From the human T2T-CHM13v2.0 reference genome, Homo sapiens: a stretch of DNA of 64,000 nucleotides. The position numbers were made by a program, and so were the translations under genes. The stretch's first letter is position 1, and every line of letters begins with the position of its first letter. This document shows positions 15,663-31,741 of the stretch, one piece after another. The notes under the pieces were generated by a model, which did not search any database, was not told where the DNA came from, and saw nothing but the letters and a program-made list of their open reading frames with translations. Where the stretch lies: assembly GCF_009914755.1 (NCBI RefSeq), contig NC_060928.1, one strand, 5' to 3'.

Positions 15663-15960
15663 AATGGCAGAGGGTAGGGAACCGGTTGGACTGCAGTGAA
15701 CCCAGAAGAGGCTGTCGCCGACCTTAAGGGGCACTGTTTGCCTCAGGAATCGAGTCCAGGGGGCTAACACCACCGGGCTGAATCGTGTGGAGGGCGGATG
15801 GCGGGAAGGCGGAAGGAGCAGGAGATGGAAAAGATGGTGCCAAACTGCGGCTTTCAGAAGTGCGTCACTGATCCCAGCCAATGAGGTTTCGCTTCATTGT
15901 GCGTGTGCGTGCGCAGGGGTTAGGGGGTGGGGAGAGAGGAGTTCATTGTGGTCGCCTTTG
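15663..15960 (-). promoter_or_regulatory. NAA11: NAA11 5' UTR and CpG-rich promoter
   Basis: GC/CpG-rich stretch (continuing into the CDS) in an otherwise CpG-poor window. CCAAT box 15878-15882, CRE-like TGCGTCA 15861-15867, NRF1-like GCGTGTGCGTGCGCA 15901-15915, palindrome AACCGGTT 15680-15687. No upstream ATG on the minus strand in 15663-15860. Confidence 0.75.
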
Positions 15961-15974
15961 TTTTAAATAACGTG

Positions 15975-17200
15975 ATCCATTGCAATTATTATTTTTGTTT
16001 CAGTTTTAACTTTTTGATTTGGGTACATCTGAATAAATTTTCACAAACTGGAGAAACCCATATAACAGGAACTTAGAGAAAATAAAGAACATTGTATCCC
16101 AGAACCCCCCCTCCTGTCCCCTTCCAGTACCTGCTTCCAACATCCCAAGAATAACGATTACCTAGACTTCCGACAGACTTTATATAAATGGAATCATAGT
16201 GCATGCATTATTTTTGTGTCAGGTTTTTTCAGTCACTCTTTGTAAGTTTCAGCCACCTCGTGTATAGCTGAGGGTTCTTTATATTCTTCCTTGTTTGATA
16301 TTCTATTGCCTAAATATGTCACAATTTTTTTTATCAATTCTACTGTTACTGGCCATTTTGTCATTTTCAGTTTGGGAATAGTACCCCTAGGGTAGCTGAA
16401 CATTCTAGACTTGTCTTTAGTTGGAACAAATGCATATTTATCTAGGATTAGAATTATTGGGTCATTGAATATAATGATGTTCAACTTTTATAAATACTGC
16501 CACTTTTTCAGAGTGGTTGCTCCACCTTCTCAACAGCATTTGCTATTTCCCCATTGTTTTTATTTTAGCCATTCTTTTGTAGGGGTAGAAGTATTACACT
16601 GTGGTTGTATTTGCATTGCACTGATGAGTAGTAAAGTTGAGCACTTTATATGCTTATTAGCCATACTGTGTTCTCTTTTGTAAATGGCTGCTCAGATTTT
16701 TTTGCTCATTTTTCTACTTGTGTGTCTTTTTCACATTAATTTTTGAGTTTTATCAAAAATATATTCTGGGTATAAGTCCTTTGTCAGATATATTTGTAAT
16801 GAATATCATTCTTGTCTATTGATTGATATTTCCCTTTCTTAATGGTGATTTTTGACACCAAGCATGAATTTTAATATAGTTCAATTTTTCCAGTTTTAAA
16901 ATTTGGTGGTTAATGCTTTTTGTGTTCTGTTTAATAAATCGTTGCATACTCCATGGTGACTGAAGGCATTCTTTTATATTTTCTTCTAAGATTGTTAGTT
17001 TTACATTTTATATTTAGATCTGCAATTGACTGAAATTTAGTTTTGTGTATGCTGTAAGGTATCAGTGGACCCAATATTCTTTTCCTGTGTGGATGTACAA
17101 TTCATATAGCACCATTTACACCATTTTGTGAAAAAAGATTATTATCCTTTCTTCATATTACTGCATTGTTACCTTTGTCATAAATCCTAAGTTTTATTTG
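15975..17200 (-). mobile_element. Ancient L1ME/L1MC fragment
   Basis: ataaatggaatcatag, aagtcctttgtcagatat, ttttcttctaag, gcaccattt: degraded reverse L1 ORF2 end and 3' UTR. Confidence 0.6.
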
Positions 17201-17232
17201 TAGATGCATTTAAAAATTTTAATGTCATCTTA

Positions 17233-17385
17233 GCTGGGTGTGGTTATTCATGCCTGTAGTCTCAGCTACTTGGGAGGCTGAGGCAGGAGGATCACTTGAG
17301 GCCAGGAGTTTAAGGCTGTAGTGAACTATGATTGCATGACTGCACCCCAGCCTGGGTGACAGAACAAGAAGAAGAATAAGTAAAT
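17233..17385 (+). mobile_element. FRAM/AluJ right monomer
   Basis: gctgggtgtggt...ggaggatcacttgaggccaggagtttaaggctgtagtgaactatgat...cagcctgggtgacaga. Confidence 0.8.
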
Positions 17386-19468
17386 AATCATATGCCATCT
17401 CGATAAAGCAAGATTTGGGGTATTTAATAGTGCAAGGAAGTCACATTTTATTAGCACTACTTGCACAAATGGAATTATCTGTGTGTCTCGTACAGTCTTT
17501 CTTCCCAGTTTCCTAGCAGACCTCAGAACTCAAGTACCAAAATGAATTATGTTGTAATTAGCCAGGTCATGGATACCCTCTTAACTCATCTAGAATATGT
17601 GTGCAGCTTTCTTTCCAATGAGGGTACGCACTCCTTTAATAGCTAGAGTAACCTAGAGCCATGTGATCTGTGAAACATAGCTTGAATAGCCACTATTTTT
17701 GTTGTATTTTGACAATTGGCAGTATCTATTAATATATTTTTAAGATTTAACGTAAGCATTTTAGCTCCCTGATTTTTTGATAGGCTGTATACATTGGAAA
17801 AGTTATTCACCAGTATTATTTCCGTTCAGAAATTTCTTTCATGTTGTGCCTGACACCATGGATGGGGATCTATAATTTGTAGTGATGTAGCTCTAAAAGC
17901 ATGATCCAGAAGAGTCATTTTGTTGATTCTTCTGTAGTGGGTTCTTCTTTTAAAAAGCATAGACTATTGAAACTTGAGTGCACTGTATTCTTTGACAGGG
18001 TTAATTTAAATGCAGCCAGGTTCATTACAGATACTATATCCTTCAACATAGAATAGTTGCTGACTTAATGCTCAAGAGTTGGGCAGTATACTTGACTTAT
18101 TCCAGAGTAGGCATGGTACCAAAACCAACAGTAATAAGCATGGTTTTTAATATACAATAATGTGATCTTTATTCATATAAAATCGTAGAAGGAATATGAT
18201 GACAACTCCACTGTCATGGAAGAATGGTCTACCAGTTGCAATGACCACAGTAGCTAAGACAAAAAATGCAAAAACTGGTTATATTCTGATAGGCTGTCTT
18301 CTTTTTTGACAGAGAAGTTGCTATCATATATCCTCAGCATTTGCATATTCATTTCAGCTGCAGTGGAAAGCATGGATCCAAAACTAAAACTCTGACCCTT
18401 AAGGTGGTGTTGGTAGTAAGTAGTACTTAATTTGGCCCCTCCTACTGAGGTCAAGTATAAATGTTCTCTCATGAATTACAATGTGCCTCTAATTTCTGGA
18501 CTATCGATCTAGCATGTCTTGTCAGGTTTTGTATGTGGTATGTTTTTATCATAAGTAAAGGGCATTGGCAATCTTCATTAATATTTTGCAAAAATTTAGC
18601 AAAAAGTCATCTAATACATAAATGTTTTGTAAATGAGAGCTCCTGGAGTTCTAGTCAGGTATTATGTCATATCTATAATATTTCATGTGGAAAAAGCTCC
18701 CATCTTCCTAACTGGCTTTATATCTCATGCCTATAGGATCTAAGGGCAAGACATATGATTATTTGAGCCTGGGTTCTGCACAAATCTTAGTCAAGTTATT
18801 TTTTAACCTTATGTTTCTACATCTTATCTGTCTTTTGTATGAATTCTACATACCACTGTGGTGCTATGGATGAATAAATAATTTCTATATACACTTCCTT
18901 TACAATATGACTTGCAAACTAATTTTCTTCTTACTAGTAAAAAACAAGTTTATTCCAAATATTATAAAGAGTTTTTAAATAGCTTTTTATTGCCCCCCTC
19001 ACCCTGAGTAATTTTATCAGGTTTACTGTAAGAATATATTATGTACCTGAAAAAAATATATAACATTTCCTAAACACTTTCATTTGAACAACTTTTCTTC
19101 ATATGTGTGAATAAACAAACCTAATACTCATAAATGACCCTAGGAATGATGGGTTAGCCATCCTTTGTGTCTTTACTGGACTTCCTAAAATGTAGGCCTG
19201 ACAAATGGGGAAAACATAACAAAATAGACCAATTTGGAAGAATTAGAAGCATATCAACTATCTGTTATTTTTACTGTCATCTCCTTTGTCTGCCTTTCTT
19301 ATTCCATGAGCCATTAAAGCAAGATGAGTATTTGTGGGTTCAAAGAAGTTTGGAAAGAAAAGGCACCCTATTAATCAGTAAGGCTTTGTTTGTTTGTTGG
19401 CTTGATTCTGTTTAATCCTGAATCTGAGGTCTAATCTTAAAGAAAGTCAAACACAGAAATAGTTTTCA

Positions 19469-19775
<307 letters not shown>

Positions 19776-20836
19776 GAGAGAGTGAGAGTTTTCAGAGGCA
19801 ACTGGTTGAACCCAGAAAGGGAAAATGGCCATTACTTTGGCTCCAGTGAGAGTCAAACATTTTCTTGCTGAAGATGTTTGGAGAGCAACACCATTTATAA
19901 CAGCTGTATTATAAAGGAATTATATAACATATAAAAAGATTATCAATAAAAGGACAAACAGACAGTTTTAATACCTACTGAGAGGATAAATTCTCATTGT
20001 TTTCTCCATTGTCTATAATCATAAACAATATCAGAGATTATAAATTCAGTCATATAGATAACAAAATATTTTCTACATTCTCGTGTTACTGCATATTCCA
20101 AAACAACTTTTTTTTCTCATGATGCCACTGTCAGGGCATGTCTATATAAATATGAGATGATAATTTTGAAAAAAAAGTTTAGAAGTTAATATTGGGTTTG
20201 AATAGTGGACAGTGATGATAGGGAACTTCCCTTCCATTGAAACAGAAGAAAAGAGGCTGAGTTTAGTATAAGCCAATGGCAAACGGAGAATAATACAATT
20301 GCAGTTTGTTAAGCTAGCATTAAAATGTGATTGTGTGAATTTTTTAGTAGGTAGCTAGGCAGACGTGAGCAGGGTAAGAGAAAACCCCCCTGTCACCTGT
20401 AACCATCAGGTGACAGTCATGTGGTTGTTAAGCTGTCTCGCTAAAATGATAATTGGTTGCAGCTGGCACCAGGGAAAGGCAGGCTCCTAACAGATAGGAA
20501 ACACCTAAAGCTGGTGATCAGCAGCTTCCCAATAAGATCTCTAGGAGTTGGGTGAGCAAGCTTAAGCATGTAAACTAAGGGGCAAAATGTCAGAGTTTAA
20601 CTGATATATGACCTTCCTGTAGGTACACTCAACTGGTAAGGGAAAGACATCTCAAATGAGCATGTGCACAACTTCAGTAAACACAGTGTACATGCGGCCC
20701 CTCCCAATTGCTGGCAGGCAACTGGGCCTGTGGACAGTCCACTCCAAGGAAAAAATCAAGAGAGGATAAACTACAATCCCTGAACCATGCCAATGTATAA
20801 AACCCCAAGTCAAGGGCCGTACAGTGCACTTGGATC

Positions 20837-21742
<906 letters not shown>

Positions 21743-22443
21743 TAAAGCTTTTTAATAAACTTTCACTCCTATTCTAAAACTTGCCTCAGTCTCTCACTTT
21801 GCCATTTGCTCCTCAGCTGAATTATTTCCTCCAAGGGGGCAAGAACTGCATTGCTGCAGACCCATAAAGATTCATCACTGCTAACATCTTCAGGAGTGCT
21901 GTTAGTGTGTGGGAGATAGCTATAGTCAGAGAGGTGGGTAAGGCCAAAGTAAAGGAAGTCTCAATCACAATAGCAGCTGCAGGAAAGGCGACAAACCAGC
22001 CACTTGAGTCAGGGGAGAACTGACTTATATTAAGCAATGGGTCACTGTCTTGAACATATGTTCATACCTAAAACAGTTTCTTTGTGAAAAATGTATTGGC
22101 TCAATGATTATCAAGGAGACTTAATGCTGGAGTTCTCTACAAGGTTTCTTTTAAAGAGTAAAAAGCGTCTTCGGCTTCCTGTGACAAAGGTCATGACTCT
22201 GGAATAGTACTTTAAATTGGATGCACTTAGAATCATCATATTAGAATCATATTTAGTATACTATATCAGTAATAGCTGGCCATATGCAAGAGAGTGGACA
22301 TTTGTGAAATTTGGGTGGATCTTAGGACCTTGGGATTGCTTTTTCTCTTAGGAGAAAATCTCACTTCTGAATAGGTATGAAATGTTCTAAGTGATGAATC
22401 TGAGACAGACAAAACCATATGTATTTTAGAGTTTTGTAGCACA

Positions 22444-22737
22444 GGCCAGGCATGGTGGCTCATGTCTGTAATCCCAGCACTTTGGGAGGCCGAGACGGGT
22501 GGATCACCTGAGATCCGGAGTTTGAGACCAGCCTGGCAGCATGGCAAAACCTCATCTCTAATAAAAATACAAAAATTAGCCGGGCGTGGTGGTGCATGTC
22601 TGTAATTCCAGTTACTTGGAGGCCGAGGCATGAGAATCGCTTGAACCTGGGAGGTGGAATTTGCAGTAAGCCAAGATCGCGCTACTGCACTACAGCCTGG
22701 GTGACAGAGTGAGACTCAGTCTCAAAAAAAAGAAAAA
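22444..22737 (+). mobile_element. AluS SINE
   Basis: Full dimer; TSD agttttgtagcaca. Confidence 0.9.
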
Positions 22738-23130
22738 AGTTTTGTAGCACAGAAGGTCTATACAACAAGGTTTAGGTATCTTATCTTCCAGTGAAGGAGT
22801 GGCTAGCAAGAGGCCATCAACATCTTGGATAAGGACAGATTTCCAGTGATAAAATATCTAAATCCTTTTTCCAACGTGGGAGAAGAAAGAATGGCTTTCA
22901 TTATAGCCTCAAGGAATTTGCCTTAATGTAAACTGGAGGTCTACATGGCTCTTGGGTTTTACTGGGAAAGAAAATAAAGTAGATCAAAGAGCAGTTCGAT
23001 AAAATATTTAGCAATATCAGGGATGCAGGATAGGAAAGGGATGGGGTTATGAATGACAAAAAGAAGGTAACTCTGTAGCATGTACTGTTCAAAGAGCTTA
23101 TGAAAGTTTTAGAATAAAAATGAAGTCACT

Positions 23131-23791
<661 letters not shown>

Positions 23792-24599
23792 AATCTTTAA
23801 AATTTTGATATATCTGCTAGGTTTCTTGCATTGCCAAGTGGATGGTAATGTGATGGATTATTTCAGAATTTTCTTAAAGTATCCAGGTAATTATGCATTA
23901 CAGTTGATCCAAAGTAATGATCACTGTTATGTATGGGAGAGGAGCCTGGGCAGGCTTCAGAGAGACATAGCAATTGATTTGGTTCTTCCTTATCTTTTCA
24001 GATTTGACTAAAATGTCACCTTTTATGTGAAGCCTTGTCTGACTCCCTTCCCCCCTGGAAAAATGAATTGCTTCCTGATTTGTGTACCACTTCAATGTGT
24101 ATCTATGTCATATGTGTATTTCATGCTGTAGTCTTAATTTCTTTGCTCTCTGTTTCTTGAAGACATGAGCCTGTCTTATGAAAATAGTTGTTTCTCTAGG
24201 GACTAGCCCATTCCATGCTGCACATTAGGTCTTGCGTGACTGCTTATAGAATACATTTGTAAATGGAGGCATAAACATATTAAGACAGGCTACACAAAAC
24301 TTTTCTTCATGAAGTCCAAATAAATTGCGTAATTATACTATGTATTTCGGTGTAATAATATCCATTATTATTGTTTAAAGAATGTAGTAAGAAAATACAA
24401 CGGTACTTCTGCTGCAGAACTTCTTATATTTAGCAGTGGTTTCACTAACCAAATACATTATCTACCAAATGCTACAATGTCTAAACTACTCAAAGATTTG
24501 CAGATCATTTTAATTATTTAAAAGAAAAGTAAATTGAACATAATTTAGTAATTAGTTAACAGCTCTAAATTTCTCTTTTATGACATGGAAAGTGAGTTG

Positions 24600-25053
24600 G
24601 TCATAGTTTATTCTACTGATATTCATTTTCAATCCTTCACCTATAAACTATGGTTCTCAGGTTTCATTGCCAGCTGGCTTCCAGGTAGATTAGCTCATGA
24701 GAGGTAGGGGGTAGGGTGGTAGTAGAGGAAGAATGGAAAAAGCCAGGGTATTTCTCCTCTGCAAGTTCATCCTCAGTAGCATTTTACAGTAGTGGATGGT
24801 TTTCCTCTGTGGTTTTAGTTCCCCACTAGACAGCCTTTGCTCAGTTCTAGTCCTTACCAGGCAATTCTGGTAATAAGACTTACCTTTGCCACCCCAGCCT
24901 TAGACGTGGTAGTGGCTTTATACAATTGCTCATCTTTTGGTTGCTTCACTATCCCCTGTTGGCTTCTCAGCTCTTTCTTTGCGTATTACTTATGTATTAA
25001 AATTTTCTCAATTTAACTACCTAGAATAGTTTCTGCCTGGCCCCTGACTGATA
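24600..25053 (+). mobile_element. ERVL LTR33-like LTR
   Basis: ccagctggcttcc...gccagggtatttctc...ggtagtggcttt...cactatcccctgttggcttctcagctc...ccctgactgata. Confidence 0.6.
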
Positions 25054-25530
25054 TAAAAATTATAGTAATTGACTATGTTTCTAATAAATTTAAGTTTTAT
25101 AATTATTTTTCCCAGTTCAATATATGGAACCTAAATAATCTAGCCATTAATGAATGATACAATATGGCAAAATATTCAGAAATAATGATGAATCCATGGT
25201 TCTTGAGCAGAAGAAGGGAAACCCTCTTTAAATTCACATAATTCCTGCTAGCAGAGGTACCAGAAATTTCTTCCATCAGGTCCAGATTATTTCCATGTAA
25301 GTGTTCCAGTGGCACCTAAGTGCCATTGGGAAGTCAGCTACTACAAAGGCTTTGAAGATAGAAGTCACTGGTAGTTTGTCTTGTTGTCACTATCAATTTG
25401 TATAAGAGCTTTTAAATATTATTGCATGGAAATATACGTGGGAGTGAAGAGTGACAATGGAGAGGGAGCGATGAACAAGGACCAACTGACACAGCTAAAG
25501 AGACAAGGTGGCATTAAGAAATCATGCTGG

Positions 25531-25827
25531 GGCCAGGCGCAGTGGCTCACGCCTGTAATCCCAGCACTTTGGGAGGCCGAGGCAGGTGGATCATGAGGTT
25601 AGGAGTTCAAGACCAGTCTGGCCAACATAGTGAAACCCTGTCTCTACTAAAAATACAAAAATTAGCCGGGCATGGTGGTGCATGCCTGTAGTCCCAGCTA
25701 CTCGGGAGGCTGAGGCAGGAGAATACCTTGAACCTGGGAGGTGGAGGTTGTGGTGAGCCGAGATATGCCACTGCACTCCAGCCTGGGCAACACAGTGAAA
25801 CTCCATCTCAAAAAAAAAAAAAAAAAA
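25531..25827 (+). mobile_element. AluSg-like SINE
   Basis: Full dimer with 2-bp deletion gatcatgagg; TSD aaatcat(g/t)ctgg. Confidence 0.9.
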
Positions 25828-27274
25828 TCATTCTGGTCATTGTGAGAAGAAACTTGACTTTTATTCTTGGTTCAATCACTTATTGAACTATGATCTGGAG
25901 CAGGCCACTTAACTTTTCAGGCTCTTTTCTCCCATAGAGAGAGTGGAAATCTATATACCTCTGCCACTTTGCTTTGAGAATAAAATGTGGTAATGTATAT
26001 GAGAGCCTTGTATAAAGGATTATTTTTGGATTTTTTTTAAGGGAAGAAGTCATCTTGAAGCCCTGAAAGTGCTGACTGATAGATATACTTGATAAGAACA
26101 AAAATATTGATCAAAGCACAGTATATATAGCAGGTGCAGCATAGCAGAAATTATGAATGGGTTTTGAAACAATTACATTAGAAAAAGTAGTACTGGAATG
26201 ACAAAAAGGCAAGGAAACAATAGTCTCTAGCTTTTGAAAACATACAAGAGGAGAAAACTAATTTATCTCACATTTTCCTACTTAAACCTTACAATGTGCT
26301 CCATTGTCAGTTATCGGACCATTCTTGTTTAAAACCTTACTGACATATTTTATTCCAATGTCCCTTGGAGCATTGGTTATGATCAAATGCCGTCATCTAT
26401 ATTGTGAAGTAGGTAGTAGAGTGATTAAGTCAGAGCAAATAAAACCACTTGAGAAATTAGTCACAGAATTTTAGAGAGAATCTAGGATGCCAAACTCCTA
26501 CATAAATTGCTTTTGGTTTCCTGGTATACAACTGGTTGCCAACATTTATAAATGTTGTTCCTTTATAATCTCCATTCTACATGGTCTTGTCACTTTGATA
26601 GTTGACTTAATTATTTTGCGTGTGTGTGCCAAAATTTAGTTGCTTAAAAAGTGCTTTTTTCTCAAACTCGGGGAGTTAATAAACCTTTTAAATGACCATC
26701 TACAGAGAATATTGTTTTCTTTTCTAGAGTTTCTTTCAAAAAGAAATTTTGTTTAACAATCATGTCTAATGTAATTTTATTGTTGGGTTGAACCACATGA
26801 TAGTTTGGATCTTTTCTAGCTCTAAAATTCTGTGAATATTAGTTTAGCATAGATAAATGTTGCTTTTGCTGGAGTGGGCTGTTGGGAGTGAAAATGGAGA
26901 GGGATGAAATAGTGGCATAGTGCTTTAATATTAAGTTGGAATTTACTAAGTGAAAATAATGTCCTTAAACCCTACAGCAAAATGATTATGAAAATTTTTA
27001 CACTGAAAAATTGATGGATATTTTTCTCTCAGTTTCAGTGATAATTCTTTGTAATAAATAATTTTCTATCTTTCTCAAGCCACGGTAATAACAGTTACAC
27101 AGTATGACTCTGTTTACACTAACTTCCCTAGTTCTAGCCTAGAATTAATTTGCAAAGTAGAAAGTGCTAATAATGTCTAGGAATATGGGCATACATAATG
27201 ATCCTTGCTTGCTAATCATGGGGATTAGGTTTTGGGAAATATGATTTAGCATTGTTTAATTACAAGAGATAAGA

Positions 27275-27583
27275 GGCCGGACGCGGTGGCTCACGCCTGT
27301 AATCCCAGCACTTTGGGAGGCTCAGGCGGGCAGATCATGAGGTCAGGAGATCAAGACCATCCTGGCTAACACAGTGAAACCCCGTCTCTACTAAAAATAC
27401 AAAAAAATTAGCCGGGCGTGGTGGCGGGTTCCTGTAGTCCCAGCTACTCCAGAGGCTGAGGCAGGAGAATGGCATGAACCCGGGAGGCGGAGCTTGAGTG
27501 AGCCGAGATTGCGCCACTGCACTCCAGAGCCTGGGCGACAGAGCGAGACTCCGTCTCAAAAAAAAAAAAAAAAAAAAAAAAAA
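27275..27583 (+). mobile_element. AluY SINE
   Basis: Y diagnostics, CpG-rich, long A tail. Confidence 0.9.
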
Positions 27584-28379
27584 GATGAGAATGCAAGAGA
27601 CATGTGTATATCTATCCAAAGTCTTATTGCAAAGTGTTTTCCTGTGATGGGTCTAGGTCAGATCAGCACATTAGCCATAGTGATCACCAAATTCAGAACT
27701 GGCTTTGGAGGAGTAGAACTAGATTTGGAGAATTGGTGTAAAAACGTAGAAATGCTTTGCATTTCAATCGTTCATCAAGACAATTCAGGAATACAGATTT
27801 GATGGAGTTTCTCAGGGCCCTTATTTAAGGTAATTCTCCTGAATCAAGGAGTACCCAACACAGCAGTCAAGCTGTATAAGCAAAACAGCTCAATATTACG
27901 AACACAGGCTAAATATTCAACTGGATATCCACCCATAGTTATATTGCCAGTTAAACTCAAGTTTATGATTCACTTTCTAATTAATGCAATAAATGTAAAG
28001 CATATTTATGTTTTTTCTTTTCCAATTTTCTGCCTTTGTATCTTTCTCTCTCATTGTCATTAACTCCTTGGTTTTCTCTCAGTTTCACTTCCCCAACACA
28101 GTACAGATTGAACATGCAAAGCATAGAACACAAAAGAAAGATGACACTTGGGTCATTAGTCTCCTGGCTCACTTTGCTAATCTATCTCAACTGCCATCAC
28201 TAATTAGGGTGAAGAGATGACTACTACCATGGCTGTTACTGCTTTTGCTGTATTTAAATGAGTTTGGAGAGCCTTACATAATTTTTTTCACTTGATGAAC
28301 TTATTACTCAATGTAAAATCTGGGAAGACAAGAGATTAACTTTCTAAAATTTGGGTACTTTTTAATAGATAAAATACGT

Positions 28380-29940
28380 CTTCCATATAAAAGAATGTAT
28401 ATAATATATAGGCAGAGTTTAAAATGTAATAAACACCTATGTATTCAACACTGAGTTAAAAAATAGACTAATAACAATACTTCGGAAACTGCTTTAATAA
28501 CTGTCTCAAAATATCTTTTGCCTCTACGTGTGTCTCTATTCTGACTAGTATATTAAAATTACTTATTTATTTATGTACTTAATTGATAAATTATTCAAGT
28601 TTTTTGTTTAATAATTATATAAACAGAATGATAATGTGTATACTTTTATGATTTTCCTTTTTTTCCTCAACAGATTTTAGATTTATTCACATTAGGCATA
28701 CATAGCTATAGTTTATTTAATTTTTGCATGGTTTAGGTTTAGTATACCATTGCATGCCTTTATTGAAATAATTTATTATCCATACGTCACGCATAAACAT
28801 TTGGATTATTTCAAAGTTCTTTTTTCTATTACAAAATGTGTTAGTTTTCCATTGCTCACATTATCACAAACTTAGAAACTTAAATACCACAAACGGGTTA
28901 TCTTGCAATTTTGTGAGTTAAGAGTCTGGGCACTGCATGGCTCAGCTGAGTTTATTTGCTTAGGGTCTCACAAGTCCAAAATAATGGCATTGGGCAGGGC
29001 TGCGGTCTCCTCTGAGGCTCAAGCTCCTCTTTCAAACCCATTTAAGTCATTTGTAGAATTAATTTCTTTAGAGTTGTAAGACTGAGATCCCCACTTTTCT
29101 TGCTGCTTGCCAACTGGGACCTTTCACAGCTTTGGGGACCACTTACTATTTTCTGCCATGGGAACCATTCTACAACATAAATGTTTGCTTATCCAAGTAC
29201 AGCAGAAAAAATACCTCTAACTTTGAGTCTCTCCTACTTCTTTTAAGGGCTCTCTGATTATATGAGGCCCACCAAGAGTGATATTCCTTCTGATTAACTC
29301 AAAGTCAACTAATTACATACCTTAATTGTCTCTGCAAAATTCTTCCTGCAATAAAACATAATAGAATCATAGGAGTGAAATATCATATTCAGCAGTACTC
29401 CTCACACTCAAGGTGAGGGCATTATACAGGGTGTGTACACCAGGGGGTGAAAATCATGAGGACCATTTTGAAATCCTATTTACCATACAAACAATTTTGT
29501 AAATAAATATTCCTGAATATGCCTCTTGTTTCATTTCTTATAACTGTAAGCATTCCTTGTATGTTTTCCAACTCTATTAAGTTAGGCTAAACAGTTTCCA
29601 AAAAGGTTTTATCACATGTAGTTGCAATTAAGATATGAGAATTTATCTTGTATACAGTCTCACCAACAATTTGAATTTATATTTAAATGCAATTTTACAA
29701 TTTTTTATTTGTCTTACCCATCACTTGTTAAACTTATTTCTAGACACCTTATTGTTATTGATATTGTAATTTTTGAATTACATTTTCTAATAGTTTTATA
29801 TACTAATATATTCAATGGACTCACAAAATTATCTTATTACTTTTAATAATTTATATGTAAGAGTTGTTTTCAGACTTACTATGTGGACAAATGTGTAATT
29901 TTTTTTTTTCTATTTTCACCTTATATTTTACATTGTCTTT
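28380..29940 (-). mobile_element. Ancient L1ME fragments flanking an MLT1 LTR
   Basis: Degraded AT-rich L1 3'-UTR-like sequence (agatttattcacatt, ataaacatttggattatttc). Confidence 0.4.
28837..29489 (-). mobile_element. MLT1E-like MaLR LTR
   Basis: tgtgttagttttccattgct...cacaaacttag...gattaactcaaagtcaact...attatacagggtgtgtacaccaggg...accataca. Confidence 0.7.
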
Positions 29941-31314
29941 AAATGTAAAACCCAGCCCCCACCATACTGCATCCTGCCATAGGGTTCAAAAGCTGTTGCA
30001 TCTCTGCATCTCCAGGGCCCCGTTGACATCCCCTGCCTGCAGCCACCACCATGGTTGGTTGCTGTTGCCAGGGGCAATGCTCGAACCATTGGCATTGACC
30101 CCTCTGCCCTTAGCAGCAGACCAGCTACCACAAACTGTACCACCTTGGTGGAGGGCTGCCTCCACCAAGGCCAAAGCATGACCTACCCTCACCAGCAGAA
30201 ATGCTGCACATTTGCAAAGGCCCTAATAACAGGGTATCCCACTTGTAACCTCCACCTGGGGCTGATATCCCAGCCGCTTGTCTATGGCTGCTGCCACTGA
30301 AAGCCATGCCACCTTCTCTAGTAGCAGGGGTATATTGTAACTCCTGCTACCCTTACCCAAGCATTCTGCCAGGGATCATCCTGCTTTTGCCTATCACAGC
30401 CAGTACCTGCACGCATTACCGGGGGACTTTAGAACAGGTCTTCCCAGACAAGCCCCACACCCCGTCCAGTGCCTGAGCACATTGTACAGGGGTCTGAGGA
30501 TCACCCAGCACAGTCCACCACCATTGACACCTAAGCACACCTCTCAGGGGCCTGACATTGGGCCCACACAAACTACTGCTGACACCATAGTTGCACCCAC
30601 CTGAAAACACCAGCTGCAGGCCTGGGGACTGGCACACCCAGCTTATCACAGCCACCAAAATACCAATGCAGACTACTTGGGATCAATAGGGTTGTCCTAT
30701 CACTCCTCCTGCCATTGCCTACACCATGTCCACTGCCCAGAGGCCCAAGTACCCACCCACCTGCCCAGCCTACCACTGCCGTTATTGGCACACGAAAAGC
30801 CTCCCAGAGGCCCAGTAATTGATCTGCCTGGACAGGTTAACATTGGTGCTAGTGTATGCTGCCCTGGGACCAAAAAAATAGGCATGCTCAACCTACCACT
30901 GCCACCACTGGGAACTGTAAAATGGGTTACCTGGCATCCCAATCCCCAGCAAAACTCTCACACAGACACTACTAACAGCCACATCCTAAGCCACTGAGGA
31001 AATTACAGACACCATTGAGGCTGATTATAGCCAAATAAATCATACAGAGACTACACTATTCCATACACCCAGAATCAAAGCTAAAATGTCCTACAGAACC
31101 AACACCATAGATACACCTACAGGAAAATTTCTCCTGTGAAAGCAAATGCAAAATGTTGGAAGAAGTGACTATTATATCGAATGTCAATTATATTATACCA
31201 ATGATGTATATCAACAGAAAGACAGAAGAAATATGAAAAATCAAGGAGTATGACACCTTCAAAGAGAGAAAATAATTCTCCAGAAACAGATTCCAATGAA
31301 AAGGAAAATTTTCA

Positions 31315-31732
<418 letters not shown>

Positions 31733-31741
31733 CTAGGATAT

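Noticed and set aside
14959-15728. ACCTTAAG direct repeat flanking the NAA11 CDS (14959-14966 and 15721-15728) as a possible retrocopy TSD
   Set aside because: Only 8 bp with no adjacent A tail. Parental 3'-UTR-like sequence seems to extend beyond it, and an ancient TSD is unlikely to survive.
14973-15881. 302-aa version of NAA11
   Set aside because: It starts at a TTG inside the CCAAT box, probably upstream of the TSS. Homology to NAA10 begins at the ATG at 15662.
17680-18740. Non-repetitive-looking stretch considered as a processed pseudogene
   Set aside because: No recognisable protein similarity in the track ORFs, and no poly(A) tail or TSD.
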